NCBI GenBank assembly: GCA_049325335.1
Contig: JBMOMC010000011.1
Span: 1-36,849, forward strand
DNA length: 36,849 nucleotides
Origin: Nitrospirota bacterium
Lineage (GTDB): Bacteria; Nitrospirota; Nitrospiria; 2-01-FULL-66-17
Direction of reading: 5' to 3'
Part shown: positions 35,633 through 36,849 of the stretch, piece by piece
Numbering within the stretch: position 1 is the stretch's first letter
Layout of the letters: each line of letters opens with the position of its first letter
Program-made: the position numbers and the translations under genes
The notes under the pieces: model-generated
The model's input: only the letters and a program-made list of their open reading frames with translations
What the model was told of the DNA's origin: nothing
The model's database searches: none

Positions 35633-36849
35633 ATGCGCCGTAAACGCTGGTCTGATGTGCGTGTCTCCGAGCTCCGCGGCCTCATTGGTCGCGGATGCGC
35701 GCTGGTCTTGATCCTGTGGGCAACCGCGGCGTGTAACGGCGACGGGACCGGCTCAGGACTGACCCTCAGCGTCGGATTCGGCCTCAAGCAACTCGAGTTC
35801 ACCTGGACCTCTGTTGCGGACGCGGACTACTACCGTCTGATGGAGAGCCTCGACAGCGGTGCGAGTTTCTCCCAGCGCGGAGGTCAAATCGCGGCTGGGA
35901 CGACCAGCCTGACAATAGACATTGCGGTGCATCGCCACGATTGGGCGAACGCTCGGTATCAGTTGGAGGCGTGCAATACCAGTGGGTGCACCGCGTCGAA
36001 TACCGTGACCACGCTCAGCGGCCTGCTTCAGGCAATCGGTTATATGAAGGCGTCGAACACCGAGGCGGCCGATGGATTTAGCGGGGCGGTCGCGGTGAGC
36101 GGGGACGGGGACACCGTGGTCGTGGGCGCAACGGGCGAAGATAGCAGCGCGACCGGGATCGACGGGACCACGGGTAATAACGGGGCGCTCAATGCCGGGG
36201 CGGTGTACGTGTATGCGCGGGATGGCGCGGGCGTGTGGACCCAGCAAGCGTACGTGAAGGCGGCGAACACCGAGGCGGCCGATGGATTTGGCGGGGCGGT
36301 CGCGGTGAGCGGGGACGGGGACACGATGGTCGTCGGGGCGACGGGCGAAGATAGCAGCGCGACCGGGATCGATGGCCCTGCGGGCAATAACGGGGCGCTC
36401 AATGCTGGGGCGGTGTACGTGTACACGCGAGACACCCTGGACGTGTGGACCCAACAGGCCTATGTGAAAGCCTCGAACACCGAGACCGAGGATGGGTTTG
36501 GGCGCGCGGTGGCGGTGAGCGGGGACGGGGACACGGTGGTCGTCGGGGCGACCGGCGAAGATAGCAGCGCGACCGGGATCGATGGGACTGAGGGCGATAA
36601 CAACGCAATCGACTCCGGCGCGGTGTACGTGTACGCGCGAGATGGCGCGGGCGTATGGACCCAGCAAGCGTACGTGAAGGCGGCGAACACCGAGGCGGCC
36701 GATGGATTTGGCGGGGCGGTGGCGGTGAGCGGGGACGGCGACACCGTGGTCGTGGGCGCAACGGGCGAAGATAGCAGCGCGACCGGGATCGATGGCGCCG
36801 CGGGCAATAACGGGGCGCTCAATGCCGGGGCGGTGTACGTGTACACGCG
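35633..36849 (+). CDS. FG-GAP / integrin-alpha-like repeat lipoprotein (3' truncated by the window; absent from the ORF track)
   Basis: GGAGG RBS, ATG 35633, lipobox TAAC, FnIII-like segment, then repeats YVKAANTEAADGFGGAVAVSGDGDTVVVGATGEDS...AGAVYVY. Confidence 0.9.
   Translation, partial: MRRKRWSDVRVSELRGLIGRGCALVLILWATAACNGDGTGSGLTLSVGFGLKQLEFTWTSVADADYYRLMESLDSGASFSQRGGQIAAGTTSLTIDIAVHRHDWANARYQLEACNTSGCTASNTVTTLSGLLQAIGYMKASNTEAADGFSGAVAVSGDGDTVVVGATGEDSSATGIDGTTGNNGALNAGAVYVYARDGAGVWTQQAYVKAANTEAADGFGGAVAVSGDGDTMVVGATGEDSSATGIDGPAGNNGALNAGAVYVYTRDTLDVWTQQAYVKASNTETEDGFGRAVAVSGDGDTVVVGATGEDSSATGIDGTEGDNNAIDSGAVYVYARDGAGVWTQQAYVKAANTEAADGFGGAVAVSGDGDTVVVGATGEDSSATGIDGAAGNNGALNAGAVYVYT
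36041..36849 (+). repeat. 210-bp coding tandem repeat (3 full units + 1 partial)
   Basis: Units start at 36041, 36251, 36461 and 36671. Confidence 0.92.

Noticed and set aside
35753..36846. Minus-strand ORFs over the repeats
   Set aside because: Antisense shadows of the + strand FG-GAP gene.
36041..36849. CRISPR array or DGR template/variable repeat
   Set aside because: Units are contiguous in-frame 70-codon repeats with no spacers; differences are not adenine-specific; no cas or reverse transcriptase gene is in the window.

Overview
High-GC bacterial window. The left ~4.7 kb is an accessory region. It holds the 3' end of an integron integrase with an in-frame deletion of its catalytic core, a probable attI downstream of it, and two complete cassettes (a DUF262/GmrSD-like nuclease and a GNAT), each closed by a clear attC. 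A third cassette is cut off after four codons by an HUH/Y1 (RAYT-like) transposase pseudogene framed by perfect 23-bp inverted repeats, followed by a VOC gene and a gene fragment ending in a degenerate third repeat copy. The rest looks chromosomal: MutS-related ATPase, SDR, a cobalamin-riboswitch-controlled uptake operon (btuF/C/D-like, tonB, btuB), EAL-HDOD protein, hybrid PAS kinase, ACP-FAAL-PlsC fusion, a MITE-like repeat, a tsaA/TfoX/C26/M28 cluster, a FIST + GGDEF/EAL pair, NmrA, a membrane-anchored Fe-ADH-like fusion with altered metal ligands, a GGQ release-factor-like protein, a DUF5916-like protein, and an FG-GAP repeat lipoprotein that runs off the right end. All calls come from motif reading by eye; no searches were run.
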